Shown here one piece after another: positions 32,252 to 41,705 of a DNA stretch of 44,256 nucleotides. Position 1 is the first letter of the stretch, and each line of letters starts with the position of its first letter. A model generated the notes under the pieces. That model made no database searches. It worked only from the letters and a program-made list of their open reading frames with translations, and was not told where the DNA came from. Made by a program: the position numbers and the translations under genes. The stretch spans positions 1 through 44,256 of the forward strand of contig DATIUN010000003.1 of assembly GCA_035466795.1 (NCBI GenBank), written 5' to 3'. The DNA comes from Azonexus sp. GTDB taxonomy: Bacteria > Pseudomonadota > Gammaproteobacteria > Burkholderiales > Rhodocyclaceae.

Positions 32252-33532
32252 ATGATGCTCATGAAACGGCGAGATTTCCTGAAGCTCGGCGCGGCGGCAG
32301 GGAGCATGGCTGCGCTGTACGGTTGCGCGGCCGGCGGCAACAAGGCCAGCGGTCATGTCGTCGTGGTCGGCGGCGGTTACGGCGGCGCCACGCTGGCCAA
32401 ATATCTGCGCCTGTGGAGCGCGGGCGGTGTCCAGGTGACGCTGATTGAGCGCAATCCGGCCTTCGTCTCGTGCCCGATGTCCAACCTGGTCATTGGCGGG
32501 TTCAAAACCATGGAAGACATTACGGTCAGCTACGACAATCTGAAGAACAAGTGGCAAATCCGCGTCATCCAGGATGACGTGGTCGCGGTCGACGCCGCAA
32601 AACGTTCGATTTCCCTGGCCCGGGGCGGCAACATGACCTATGACCGGCTGGTGCTGTCGCCCGGCGTGGATTTCATGTTCGACCAGATTCCCGGCCTGAA
32701 CAATGCCGCCGCCCAGTCGACGATTCTCCATGCCTGGAAGGCCGGTCCGCAGACCGTCGCGCTGCGCAAGCAGCTGGAGGGCATGAAGGATGGCGGGGTT
32801 TTCGCGATCTCGATTCCCAAGGCGCCGTTCCGCTGCCCGCCGGCGCCCTACGAGCGCGCCTGCCTGGTCGCCAGTTACTTGAAGCAGCACAAGCCGAAAT
32901 CGAAGGTGATCATTCTCGATGCCAACGAGGAGGTGGCATCGAAGAAGGACTTGTTCACCAAGGCCTGGGCCGATCTCTACAACGGCATCGTCGAATACCG
33001 CCCTGAAAACGAAGTGAAGGATGTCGAGCCGGGCGCCAACACCGCCATCACGGAATTCGACAAGCTCCGGGCAGATGTCCTGAATGTGATTCCGCCACAA
33101 CGTGCCGGCGATATCGCGACGAAATCGGGCCTCAAGCTGATCAACAATCGCTGGGTGGATGTGAATTGGTTGACGATGGAGTCGACCAATACGCCGAATG
33201 TTCACGTCCTGGGCGATGCGGTGTTCCCGGCGCCCGTCATGCCGAAGTCGGGAAATATGGCGAACCAGCAGGGCAAGCTCGCGGCGGCGGCGATCCTGAA
33301 CCTGTTGGCTGGCCAGTCGCCGAATCCGACGCCGGTGGTGATGAATGCCTGTTACAGCTTCATGAATCCGAAGAGCGCCGCCCATATCACCTCGGTCCAC
33401 ACCTACGACGCAGCGACCAAAACCATGCAGCCGGTCAAGGGTTCGGGGGGTGTCTCGGCAGCGCGCAATGAAATCGAAGCCAAGTTTGCGCTGGGCTGGG
33501 CGAAGAACATCTGGGCCGACATGCTGGCCTGA
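32252..33532 (+). CDS. fccB: Flavocytochrome c sulfide dehydrogenase flavoprotein (FccB/SoxF), copy 2
   Basis: Tat RRDFLK, GGGYGG, SCPMSN, HAWKAG, CPPAPYER, PKSG, NACYS. Confidence 0.92.
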   Translation: MMLMKRRDFLKLGAAAGSMAALYGCAAGGNKASGHVVVVGGGYGGATLAKYLRLWSAGGVQVTLIERNPAFVSCPMSNLVIGGFKTMEDITVSYDNLKNKWQIRVIQDDVVAVDAAKRSISLARGGNMTYDRLVLSPGVDFMFDQIPGLNNAAAQSTILHAWKAGPQTVALRKQLEGMKDGGVFAISIPKAPFRCPPAPYERACLVASYLKQHKPKSKVIILDANEEVASKKDLFTKAWADLYNGIVEYRPENEVKDVEPGANTAITEFDKLRADVLNVIPPQRAGDIATKSGLKLINNRWVDVNWLTMESTNTPNVHVLGDAVFPAPVMPKSGNMANQQGKLAAAAILNLLAGQSPNPTPVVMNACYSFMNPKSAAHITSVHTYDAATKTMQPVKGSGGVSAARNEIEAKFALGWAKNIWADMLA

Positions 33533-33552
33533 GTTTGCCTGTCTCAATCAAG

Positions 33553-33577
33553 AAAGGCCGCATCACGCGGCCTTTTG
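33553..33577. terminator. Bidirectional terminator
   Basis: AAAGGCCGC-ATCAC-GCGGCCTTTT between convergent genes. Confidence 0.8.
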
Positions 33578-33593
33578 TCCACCCTGCACCCTG

Positions 33594-34211
33594 TTAATCG
33601 AGTGTCGCGATGTACTCGGCGACGGCATGCGCTTCCAGTTCCGTGAGCTTGGAGGCAACGGTATGCATCACCGCGTTGTCGTTGGTGCGCTCACGCTTGC
33701 CAAACTGCTTCAGTTGATCCTCGATGTAGCGCGGGTGCTGGCCGGCCAGGCGCGGCAGTTGAGGGGTGCCATGGCCTTTGGCGCCATGACAGGTGGCGCA
33801 GCCCGGCAAACCGGAGAAGGAATTTCCCTTGTCGAAGATATAGCGTCCGACTGCGAGAATTTCGGTGTTCGCCGGCTTCCTCGCAAGCGCCTTCTTTTTC
33901 TCGAAAAATTCGCCCAGCGCCTTCATCTCGACCGGCGTCAGATCTTCCGCCTGCGGCTTCATGGTTTCGCTCTTGCGCTTGCCGCTCTTGAAATCGGCAA
34001 GCTGCCGCGCCACGTACTCGCCATGCTGGCCGGCAAGGCGTGGATAGACAGGGCTGGCTGACTCGCCCTCCATGCCATGACACATGAAGCAGCGCCCGGA
34101 AACGATTTCCTCGGCACGCACCTGCTCCGCCCTGGTATCCGCCAGCGCCGGCATGCCGGACAGAGCAGCCAAGGCAGCCATCGCCGCCGGAATGGAAGGC
34201 AAGTAACGCAA
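33594..34211 (-). CDS. Diheme cytochrome c4-type
   Basis: TTG start, signal peptide, CFMCH and CATCH, two PRLAGQ motifs, RTND..M. Confidence 0.9.
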   Translation of the reverse strand: MRYLPSIPAAMAALAALSGMPALADTRAEQVRAEEIVSGRCFMCHGMEGESASPVYPRLAGQHGEYVARQLADFKSGKRKSETMKPQAEDLTPVEMKALGEFFEKKKALARKPANTEILAVGRYIFDKGNSFSGLPGCATCHGAKGHGTPQLPRLAGQHPRYIEDQLKQFGKRERTNDNAVMHTVASKLTELEAHAVAEYIATLD

Positions 34212-34486
34212 TTGGTTTCCCCTTGTCGCAAACGATTGATCACTCTAGCGCCACATGGTAGTTCGCCTGCCCGGCGATTTCAATCAAGCGCCATCCCGGC
34301 ACCCGGCAGCAATATCAAACGTGCTGTCAAAAGGGGTAGACGCGGCGGCGCAACGGCGCGAAGATTCGGCTTCGAACTGCAATCCCGGCAAACATCCGGA
34401 CCGACGCGCCCGGAAGCCTGAACCGCCGGATTCCGGATACTGTCCAATCCGCTACGCTCAAGAACGATTAACCCTCAGGAGACATC

Positions 34487-34798
34487 ATGCGCCTGCCCCT
34501 CATTGCCCTCCTCGCCCTGCTTCCCGTCGCTGCCTACGCTGCGGACCCGTGGGGAAAAGTCGATCTGGCAACCGGTAAAACGGTTCACGAAAAGTCATGC
34601 ACCAGTTGCCACGTCAACAAATACGGTGGTGATGGCAGCAAGATCTACACCCGTGACGGGCGCAAGATTTCCAACAAGCAGGAATTGCTGCAGCGTGTTG
34701 GATCCTGCAATGCCATGATCAACGCCGGCCTTTTCCCGGAAGAGGAAGGCGCAGTCGCCTCTTGGCTGAACCAGCAGTATTACCACTTCAAGAACTGA
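34487..34798 (+). CDS. Small monoheme cytochrome c, green heme protein (GHP)-like
   Basis: AGGAG SD, signal peptide, CTSCH, YTR..RKI, distal Cys in RVGSCN, C-terminal LNQQYYHF. Confidence 0.75.
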   Translation: MRLPLIALLALLPVAAYAADPWGKVDLATGKTVHEKSCTSCHVNKYGGDGSKIYTRDGRKISNKQELLQRVGSCNAMINAGLFPEEEGAVASWLNQQYYHFKN

Positions 34799-34799
34799 C

Positions 34800-35300
34800 A
34801 TGGGGAGGCGTTTCAACAGCACGCCGCGCAAGGTTCAGCGTTGCCTCCTGCCGGCGATGCTGGCGTTGTCCGCCTTCGCTTCGGCCGCCGGCAACGACCT
34901 GCCGGCGGCGGTCGACCTGCGCGCCGAGGCTGCCCAGGCCAAACGTGCCGGCGGCCGCCCGCTGATCGTGGTGTTCAGTCGTGCTGAATGCCGGTATTGC
35001 GAAACGGTCAAGCGCGATTACCTGATACCGCTGGAAAAAAATCCCAGCTTTCACGGTGTGATGATCCGCCAGATCAATCAGGACAGCGACGCGGCGCTGA
35101 CCGATTTCCGTGGCAAGAAAACCACCCAGGCCAACTTCGCCAGCGCGGAAAAAATCAATCTGGTACCGGTCGTCGCTTTCTATGGCCCGAATGGCAAGGC
35201 GCTGGCCGATCCGCTCGTCGGTGCCGGGCTACCGGATTTTTACCAAAGCTATCTGGAAGACGCGATCGCGAAATCCACGGTCGCCCTCAAGGCGCGTTGA
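34800..35300 (+). CDS. Periplasmic thioredoxin-fold protein (SoxS/SoxW-like)
   Basis: CRYC motif, cis-Pro region LVPVVAFY, signal-like N-terminus; start may be 34857. Confidence 0.82.
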   Translation: MGRRFNSTPRKVQRCLLPAMLALSAFASAAGNDLPAAVDLRAEAAQAKRAGGRPLIVVFSRAECRYCETVKRDYLIPLEKNPSFHGVMIRQINQDSDAALTDFRGKKTTQANFASAEKINLVPVVAFYGPNGKALADPLVGAGLPDFYQSYLEDAIAKSTVALKAR

Positions 35301-35369
35301 AGCAGTTGAAAACCGGCGCTTGCGGCCGGTCGACCGCGCTGCGCAGCAAGTACCCTTGGAGCGCACCAA

Positions 35370-36260
35370 TCATCTGAGTACCAGCGCCAAGGCCAGCGGC
35401 AGGAAAATCAGCGCGGCGAGGTTGCCAATCAGCACGATCGACGCCACGCGTTCAGGTTCCTGCCGGTAGCGCTCGGCAAACAGGAAATTCAGCACCGCCG
35501 GCGGCAAGGCGCCGAAGACCAGCAGCATCGCTGCCTCCCTCCCCTGCAGGCCGAGCAACTGGATGATGCCGGCGGCGATCGCCATGCCGGCCAGCGGCCG
35601 CAGCAACGCACTGCCGGTCGCCAGCCTCCATTCATGGAACGAGACATCGGTCATCCGCACGCCGAGCGAGAAGAGCAACAGCGGCACCGATACGTCGCCG
35701 AGCATCTTGATAGCGATGATCAGCGGCTGCCAGATGGGAATCTTGAGCATTGCCACGGTCAACCCGGCAATTGCGGCAAAAACCACCGGCACGCGCCACA
35801 GTGTCAGCAGGCGCGCCGTCGGGTCGAGCAGGCGGGCGCCAAACGTGAAGTGCAGGGTGTTTTCGACCATGAACAGGATCACCGCCGCCGGCAGCGCATC
35901 CTCGCCCCACGCCAGCACGGCGAGCGGCAGGCCGATATTGCCGGAATTGTTGAACATCATCGGCGGCACCAGCGTCTTCGGCTGGACACCGGTCATCCTG
36001 GCGATTGGCCAGGCAAGCAGCCCGCAGGCCGCCAGCATCAGGAAGGCGCCCAGCGCCAGCGGCGCGAACGCTGCGAGATCGAACGACTTGCCTGCCATCG
36101 CCGCAAACACCAGCGCCGGGACGAAGACATCCATGTTGAGCCGGTTGGCCACCGCCATTTCCGGCTTGTGGTGGCGGGCGTAGAAATAGCCGGCCGCAAC
36201 AATCCCGAAGATCGGAAAGAGGATCGCGACGAGACGCAGCGGCAGGCTGTCCGGCGTCAC
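35370..36260 (-). CDS. AEC-family (auxin efflux carrier/malate permease-like) transporter
   Basis: Polytopic; [29 protein letters not shown] motifs. Confidence 0.88.
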   Translation of the reverse strand: MTPDSLPLRLVAILFPIFGIVAAGYFYARHHKPEMAVANRLNMDVFVPALVFAAMAGKSFDLAAFAPLALGAFLMLAACGLLAWPIARMTGVQPKTLVPPMMFNNSGNIGLPLAVLAWGEDALPAAVILFMVENTLHFTFGARLLDPTARLLTLWRVPVVFAAIAGLTVAMLKIPIWQPLIIAIKMLGDVSVPLLLFSLGVRMTDVSFHEWRLATGSALLRPLAGMAIAAGIIQLLGLQGREAAMLLVFGALPPAVLNFLFAERYRQEPERVASIVLIGNLAALIFLPLALALVLR

Positions 36261-37606
36261 AGAACGTAACGCGAAAGATCCTCGTCGGCTGCCAGGTCAC
36301 CCAGGCGCTGATTGACGCAGGCGGCATCGATGACCAGCTTTTGCTGGCCGACCTTGCCGGCCTCGAAGGAAACCTCCTCGAGCAGCTTTTCCATGACCGT
36401 ATGCAAGCGCCGGGCACCGATATTTTCGGTTTTCTCATTCACCTGATAGGCGATCTCGGCCAGCCGCCTGACGCCGTCCTCGGCGAATACGAGTTCGACC
36501 CCCTCGGTTTCGAGCAATGCCTGGTATTGCCGGGTCAGGCAGGCGTCGGTCTGGGTCAGGATGCATTCGAAATCGGCGACCGACAGCGAATCCAGCTCGA
36601 CGCGGATCGGGAAACGTCCCTGCAGTTCGGGAATCAGGTCGGACGGCTTCGACAGGTGGAAAGCGCCGGACGCAATGAACAGGATGTGGTCGGTCTTGAT
36701 CATGCCGTACTTGGTCGACACCGTGGTGCCCTCGACCAGCGGCAGCAGGTCACGCTGCACACCCTGGCGCGAGACATCGGCGCCCTGCATTTCGGAACGG
36801 CTGGCGATCTTGTCGAGTTCGTCGAGGAAAACGATACCGTTCTGCTCGACCGCCTTGACCGCCTCCAGCTTGACCTCCTCGTCATTGACCAGCTTGGCCG
36901 CTTCCTCGTCGGTCAGCAGTTTCAGGGCTTCGCTGATCTTCAGCTTGCGCGATTTCTTCTTGCCGCCCCCGATGTTCTGGAACATGCCCTGGATCTGCTG
37001 GGTCAGTTCTTCCATGCCGGGCGGCGCGAAGATTTCCGCCTGCATGCTCGGCGCGGCGACGTCGATTTCGATTTCCTTGTCGTCCAGTGCGCCTTCGCGC
37101 AGCTTCTTGCGGAATTTCTGGCGCGTGCCGCCATCGGTTGCGGTCGACCCGGTATTTTCATCGGAAAACCCGGAACCGCGGGCCGGCGGCAACAGGACAT
37201 CGAGGATGCGTTCCTCGGCGGCATCCTCGGCGCGCGCCCGCATCTGCTTGATCGCCCGCTCGCGGTGCGACTTGATGGCGATTTCCACCAGGTCGCGGAT
37301 GATCGTCTCGACGTCGCGCCCGACATAGCCGACTTCGGTAAACTTGGTCGCCTCGATCTTGATGAAGGGCGCGTTGGCCAGGCGCGCCAGACGGCGGGCG
37401 ATCTCGGTCTTGCCGACGCCGGTCGGGCCGATCATTAGGATGTTCTTCGGCGTGATTTCCGAGCGCAGCGGCTCGGCGACCTGCGCCCGCCGCCAGCGGT
37501 TGCGCAAGGCGATGGCCACCGATTTCTTGGCGTTGTTCTGGCCGACGATATGTTTGTCCAGCTCATGGACAATTTCCTGCGGGGTCATTTCCGCGCCGCC
37601 ACTCAT
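36257..37606 (-). CDS. hslU: ATP-dependent protease ATPase HslU
   Basis: [41 protein letters not shown]. Confidence 0.98.
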   Translation of the reverse strand: MSGGAEMTPQEIVHELDKHIVGQNNAKKSVAIALRNRWRRAQVAEPLRSEITPKNILMIGPTGVGKTEIARRLARLANAPFIKIEATKFTEVGYVGRDVETIIRDLVEIAIKSHRERAIKQMRARAEDAAEERILDVLLPPARGSGFSDENTGSTATDGGTRQKFRKKLREGALDDKEIEIDVAAPSMQAEIFAPPGMEELTQQIQGMFQNIGGGKKKSRKLKISEALKLLTDEEAAKLVNDEEVKLEAVKAVEQNGIVFLDELDKIASRSEMQGADVSRQGVQRDLLPLVEGTTVSTKYGMIKTDHILFIASGAFHLSKPSDLIPELQGRFPIRVELDSLSVADFECILTQTDACLTRQYQALLETEGVELVFAEDGVRRLAEIAYQVNEKTENIGARRLHTVMEKLLEEVSFEAGKVGQQKLVIDAACVNQRLGDLAADEDLSRYVL

Positions 37607-38139
37607 TCCAGCACCTCGATCGTGAAATTGCGGTTGGTATAGATGCAGATGTCGCCGGCGATCTCCAGCGACTTGGTGACGATGTCGCGCGGCGCCAGTT
37701 CGCTGTTCTCGAGCAAGGCGCGCGCCGCGCTCTGCGCGTAGGCGCCGCCCGAGCCGATGGCAACGATGCCCTGCTCAGGCTCCAGCACATCGCCGTTGCC
37801 GGTGATAACCAGCGAGCTTTCGCGGTCGGCCACCGACAACATGGCTTCCAGCCGGCGCAGGGCGCGGTCCGAGCGCCAGTCCTTGGCCAGTTCGACGGCC
37901 GAACGCAGCAGGTTGCCCTGGTGCTTTTCCAGCTTGGCCTCGAAACGCTCGAACAAGGTGAAGGCATCCGCCGTGCCGCCGGCAAACCCGGCGAGGATGC
38001 GGCCCTGATACAGCCGCCGCACCTTTTTCGCGGTGGCCTTGATGACGATGTTGCCCAGCGTGACCTGGCCGTCGCAGCCCATGGCGACGGAAGTGCCCCG
38101 GCGCACCGACAGGATCGTCGTGCCGTGATATTGCTCCAT
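37603..38139 (-). CDS. hslV: ATP-dependent protease subunit HslV
   Basis: TTILSVRR N-terminal Thr, [20 protein letters not shown]. Confidence 0.98.
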   Translation of the reverse strand: MEQYHGTTILSVRRGTSVAMGCDGQVTLGNIVIKATAKKVRRLYQGRILAGFAGGTADAFTLFERFEAKLEKHQGNLLRSAVELAKDWRSDRALRRLEAMLSVADRESSLVITGNGDVLEPEQGIVAIGSGGAYAQSAARALLENSELAPRDIVTKSLEIAGDICIYTNRNFTIEVLE

Positions 38140-38154
38140 GGTTTTTCCTGACCC

Positions 38155-39417
38155 TTAAGACTTGGGAACGATGATGCGGGCGAATTTGTTGATGCCGACC
38201 ACGGCCATCAGCTCCGCCACCAGATGATTCGGGCTACGGATCGTGACCTCGCGCCCGCTGCCCTTGAGGGGCGACAGCCGATTGACCAGTTGCCCGGCCG
38301 AGAAGAAATCGAGCCGGCGCACGCCCGAAAAATCGAGAACGACATTTTCCTGCAGGTTGAGGACGGCGATCAGGTCGTCGAACCGGCTGTTCTTGATCTC
38401 GCCGCTCAGGTAATGCGCATCGTCAACGGGCGCCGCGTTCTTGGTCGCCGGCAGCGAAGGGGTCGTAACAGCTTCCCAGGACGGCGGCGAACGCTCGAAG
38501 GTGACGGCGAAGTCGATCGCGCATTGCTCGAAATCCTCCTGCGTCCCATGGCGCTGCAGCAATTCCAGCAGCAGCAGCCATGAGCGGGCGTTCTGCGCCT
38601 CGCCAGCCACCAGCCGGGAACGGAGGGGCTGGATCACGCCTTCGATCTGATCGAGGACGATTACCGCCCCCTGGCGCCGCGCGCCCGTCAGCAATTCGGC
38701 GAGACGGCCGGCAATTTCATCGTCGCAACCGAGCAGCCGGCTGCAATCTACGCGCAGCGGCCGCTTCAGCTTGAGCGCATCGGCCAGTGGCGAGAGGACG
38801 GCCGGATGATCGGCGGTCAACACGCCCTGCAGTTCGCAAACCGCGACGCCGGGGCCGGCCGAAGCCGGCTTCGGCGTCACCTGGCGCCAGGGCGGCGGCG
38901 ACATTTCGCAGGTCTGGACAAATTCGCCGGACAGCTTGTCGAACGCTGCCCGATCACCGCTCAATTGCAGGAAATCGAACAGCATCTGCCACAGACGCAG
39001 GCCTTCCGTCCCCGGATAGGCGCCCAGCAGCGACTCGAGCAACGGACGAACGACGGTATCCTGACCATTGGCATAGATCACGGCGACCTGTTCGATATCG
39101 GACTGGATCGATTCGGCGCCGTGATTGACGTCGATCGCCATGACGTCCGATTCGGTGTACTCGCGCTCGAACTCGGACATCGCGAACGCCATCTCTTCCT
39201 TGGTCTTCGGCTGCGACTTGCCGGTCACCGGCTTCTCGCCGGACGCGCCGTCGGTCGTAAATTCGAGATCGGGCAAGGGCTCAGGGACCTTGACTGCCCC
39301 ATCCTGCGTTGCCGGTTGCTCAGCGACGGCAGGCGGCGGCGCAAAGGCCGGCTTCGGGCGCATGACCTCGCGCTCCGGCATTTTCTGAGTTTTTTTCTTG
39401 AACAGCGAAAAGACCAT
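38155..39417 (-). CDS. STAS-domain protein of unknown function
   Basis: C-terminal LDFSGVRRLDFFSAG STAS-like motif; two xSPPxW repeats; upstream of hslV. Confidence 0.75.
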   Translation of the reverse strand: MVFSLFKKKTQKMPEREVMRPKPAFAPPPAVAEQPATQDGAVKVPEPLPDLEFTTDGASGEKPVTGKSQPKTKEEMAFAMSEFEREYTESDVMAIDVNHGAESIQSDIEQVAVIYANGQDTVVRPLLESLLGAYPGTEGLRLWQMLFDFLQLSGDRAAFDKLSGEFVQTCEMSPPPWRQVTPKPASAGPGVAVCELQGVLTADHPAVLSPLADALKLKRPLRVDCSRLLGCDDEIAGRLAELLTGARRQGAVIVLDQIEGVIQPLRSRLVAGEAQNARSWLLLLELLQRHGTQEDFEQCAIDFAVTFERSPPSWEAVTTPSLPATKNAAPVDDAHYLSGEIKNSRFDDLIAVLNLQENVVLDFSGVRRLDFFSAGQLVNRLSPLKGSGREVTIRSPNHLVAELMAVVGINKFARIIVPKS

Positions 39418-39462
39418 GCTTACCTCGATTGCAGAACCGCTGTTTTAGCATGCCGCACGATG

Positions 39463-40227
39463 TCATGCAATGAGCAACCCGACGATGATAAGCAACAATG
39501 CAAGGACCGGCCCGAATGGCTGATCCAGGCCAAGGGCCAACAGGAAGGCGGCGACATAGCCGGCCAGGCCGATCGTCGTCGCCAGCAGGAGTCCGTTGCG
39601 CCAGCTGCGGGCGCGCCTGAAGGCGATCCACGCCGGCACGAAAACCAGCGCGAAGCCGCCCATCACGCCCATGGTCATCGTCGCCAGCGCCAGTGTCAGG
39701 GCGGCAACCAGGTCGAAGCCGAGAACCACGGGCCAGATGCGCAATTGGCGCGCCCTGAAATAATCGGGATAGACGCGGGCCAGCAGCAGGTGGCGCGACA
39801 GGACAAGCAGCATCGCCCCGGCGAACAGCGCCCACGGCGCCACCAGCGCGAGTTGTACGGCGCCCGAAAAATACAGCTGGCCATCGAACAGCGAGTGACC
39901 GAGGCGCTCGGCCAGCGGCTGGTTGGCCGCCAGCAGCACGGCGATCGCCCAGCCGCCCAGCAGCAACAGGGCGAATGCCGCCCCGCCGGCCAGTCGGCGG
40001 GAGAACAGGGGCTTGCCAGCCCCGGCCAGCGCGGCGGCAGCCATCCCGCCAAGCGCCGGCGGCATCCCGCCGACCAACGCCAGCAAGGCGCCGGCGGCGG
40101 CGACATGGGCATAGGCCAGCGCGGCCAGCCACTCGTCGCGCAGGCGCAGGAAACAGCCGAGCACCGGCAGCACCAACGCCAGGCAAAGTCCGGTCAGGAA
40201 CGGCAGGAAAAACAGGTCAGACCACAT
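39463..40227 (-). CDS. Metal ABC transporter permease (ZnuB-like, divergent)
   Basis: Start ATG 40227; highly hydrophobic; LGCFLRLR..LAALAYAHVA, PFGP. Confidence 0.82.
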   Translation of the reverse strand: MWSDLFFLPFLTGLCLALVLPVLGCFLRLRDEWLAALAYAHVAAAGALLALVGGMPPALGGMAAAALAGAGKPLFSRRLAGGAAFALLLLGGWAIAVLLAANQPLAERLGHSLFDGQLYFSGAVQLALVAPWALFAGAMLLVLSRHLLLARVYPDYFRARQLRIWPVVLGFDLVAALTLALATMTMGVMGGFALVFVPAWIAFRRARSWRNGLLLATTIGLAGYVAAFLLALGLDQPFGPVLALLLIIVGLLIA

Positions 40228-40801
40228 CGGCGCTCTCCCGCAAGACGATGACCTGATCGCACACCGCCTCGACGAATTCGTGATCGTGGCTGACGACGAC
40301 GATGCCGGTTCCCGACCCGGCAAGCCTCCGTAACGCTGCGATCAGGTGATCGACCCCCGCCGCATCCAGATTGTTGGTCGGTTCGTCGAGCAGGATCAGG
40401 TTGGCTGGCGACCGCAGGACTGCCCACAGCGCCAGATAGTGCCGTTGCCCGCCCGACAGGCGGTCGAGCCGGTCATCCAGCCGCCCGACCAGCCACGGCG
40501 GCAGGCCATCGCTGGCAGCCCCGGTCAGCGCCAGCAGTTCACGCCCGCAGAGCGGCACCCCTTCAACCGGCGGAACGTCCTGGGTCTGCAACGCCAGGCG
40601 CAACCCCGGGCGCGTCTCGAGCGCACCGGAAAATACCCGCGCCCGACCGGCCAGCGCCGAGAGCAGTGTCGTCTTGCCCACCCCGTTGGCTCCGGTCAAC
40701 CCGAGAATCCGCCCCGATTCCAGCGTGAAATCGAGCGGCGCCGTGGCCGGGCGCTGCCAGCCTGCGACCAGCGCCGTAGCGCGGATCAGTACCGCACTCA
40801 A
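40217..40801 (-). CDS. Metal ABC transporter ATP-binding protein
   Basis: GANGVGKT Walker A, LSGGQ, LLDEPTN, SHD. Confidence 0.9.
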   Translation of the reverse strand: MSAVLIRATALVAGWQRPATAPLDFTLESGRILGLTGANGVGKTTLLSALAGRARVFSGALETRPGLRLALQTQDVPPVEGVPLCGRELLALTGAASDGLPPWLVGRLDDRLDRLSGGQRHYLALWAVLRSPANLILLDEPTNNLDAAGVDHLIAALRRLAGSGTGIVVVSHDHEFVEAVCDQVIVLRESADVV

Positions 40802-41694
40802 CGCAAACCTTTCAGCATGCGCTGCACGGTATCGTCGAAAAGGCCAAACAGGTCGCCGGCCGCGGGCGTTCCGCCGACAGTAAACGGCAGCATGACCGCC
40901 GGAATGCCGGCCTTATCGGCAATCCACAGGCTCGGTCCGTCGCTCTGATAGGCGGTGCGCAGCACCATCTTTGCCGGGGTGCTCTGCTGGCGCGCGACCA
41001 GGCCTGAAAGCTGGCCGCTGGTCGGCTCGATCCCCGGCTTCGGCTCCAGTGTTCCCGTTGTCTTGAAGCCCAGCCAATGCGCCAGGTAGATGAACGAATC
41101 GTGGTGTGCGAGGACCGGCACGCCGCGCAACGGCAGCGCCTCTTTTTCCCAGCGCAAGATGGCAGCCTGCCATTTGTCGGCGAAGGCCTTGTAGCCAGCC
41201 TGGTAGGCTGGCGCATTGGGAGGATCAAGTTCGCCGAGGCGGGCGGCGAGGGCCTCGCCGATCCGGAACAGGTTCCGCGGATCGAGCTGGATGTGCGGAT
41301 TGCCGGCGGCATGGATGTCGCCCCGGGAACGATCGAGCACCGCCGGCACGTCGAGCATGGTCACGTAGCGTGCCGCTTCGAAATAGCCCGGACGGCCGGG
41401 CTGGATATTGGCATTGCCGGAATCGCGCACGACGAGCGGCAGCCAGCCGACTTCAAGATCGGCGCCAGTCGCCACGACCAGATCGGCACGCCGCGCCTGC
41501 GCCAGCAACGAAGGCCGCGCCTCGATGCGGTGCGGATCCTGCAGCCCGGTGGTCGCCGTGAACACGCTGACCTTGTCGCCACCGATTTCGCGGGCCAGGG
41601 CGCCCCACTCCGGGACGGTCGCGAAGACCTGCAGGGCTGCCAGCGCGGGGACGCTGGCAGCCGCCAGCAGAATGGTCATCAATAATTTGATCAT
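40798..41694 (-). CDS. Metal ABC substrate-binding protein (ZnuA/cluster A-I type)
   Basis: Start ATG 41694; signal peptide; QDPH, GDIHAAGNPHIQLDP, HHDSFIY, EPKPGIEP. Confidence 0.9.
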   Translation of the reverse strand: MIKLLMTILLAAASVPALAALQVFATVPEWGALAREIGGDKVSVFTATTGLQDPHRIEARPSLLAQARRADLVVATGADLEVGWLPLVVRDSGNANIQPGRPGYFEAARYVTMLDVPAVLDRSRGDIHAAGNPHIQLDPRNLFRIGEALAARLGELDPPNAPAYQAGYKAFADKWQAAILRWEKEALPLRGVPVLAHHDSFIYLAHWLGFKTTGTLEPKPGIEPTSGQLSGLVARQQSTPAKMVLRTAYQSDGPSLWIADKAGIPAVMLPFTVGGTPAAGDLFGLFDDTVQRMLKGLR

Positions 41695-41705
41695 TTTCAC
41701 TTTCC

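Noticed and set aside
34274-34287. FNR-like TTGATTGAAATCGC upstream of the c4 gene
   Set aside because: 8/10 match only, and spacing to -10 candidates does not fit class II activation
38806-40251. 481-aa plus-strand ORF
   Set aside because: Antisense to STAS and permease genes; no motifs
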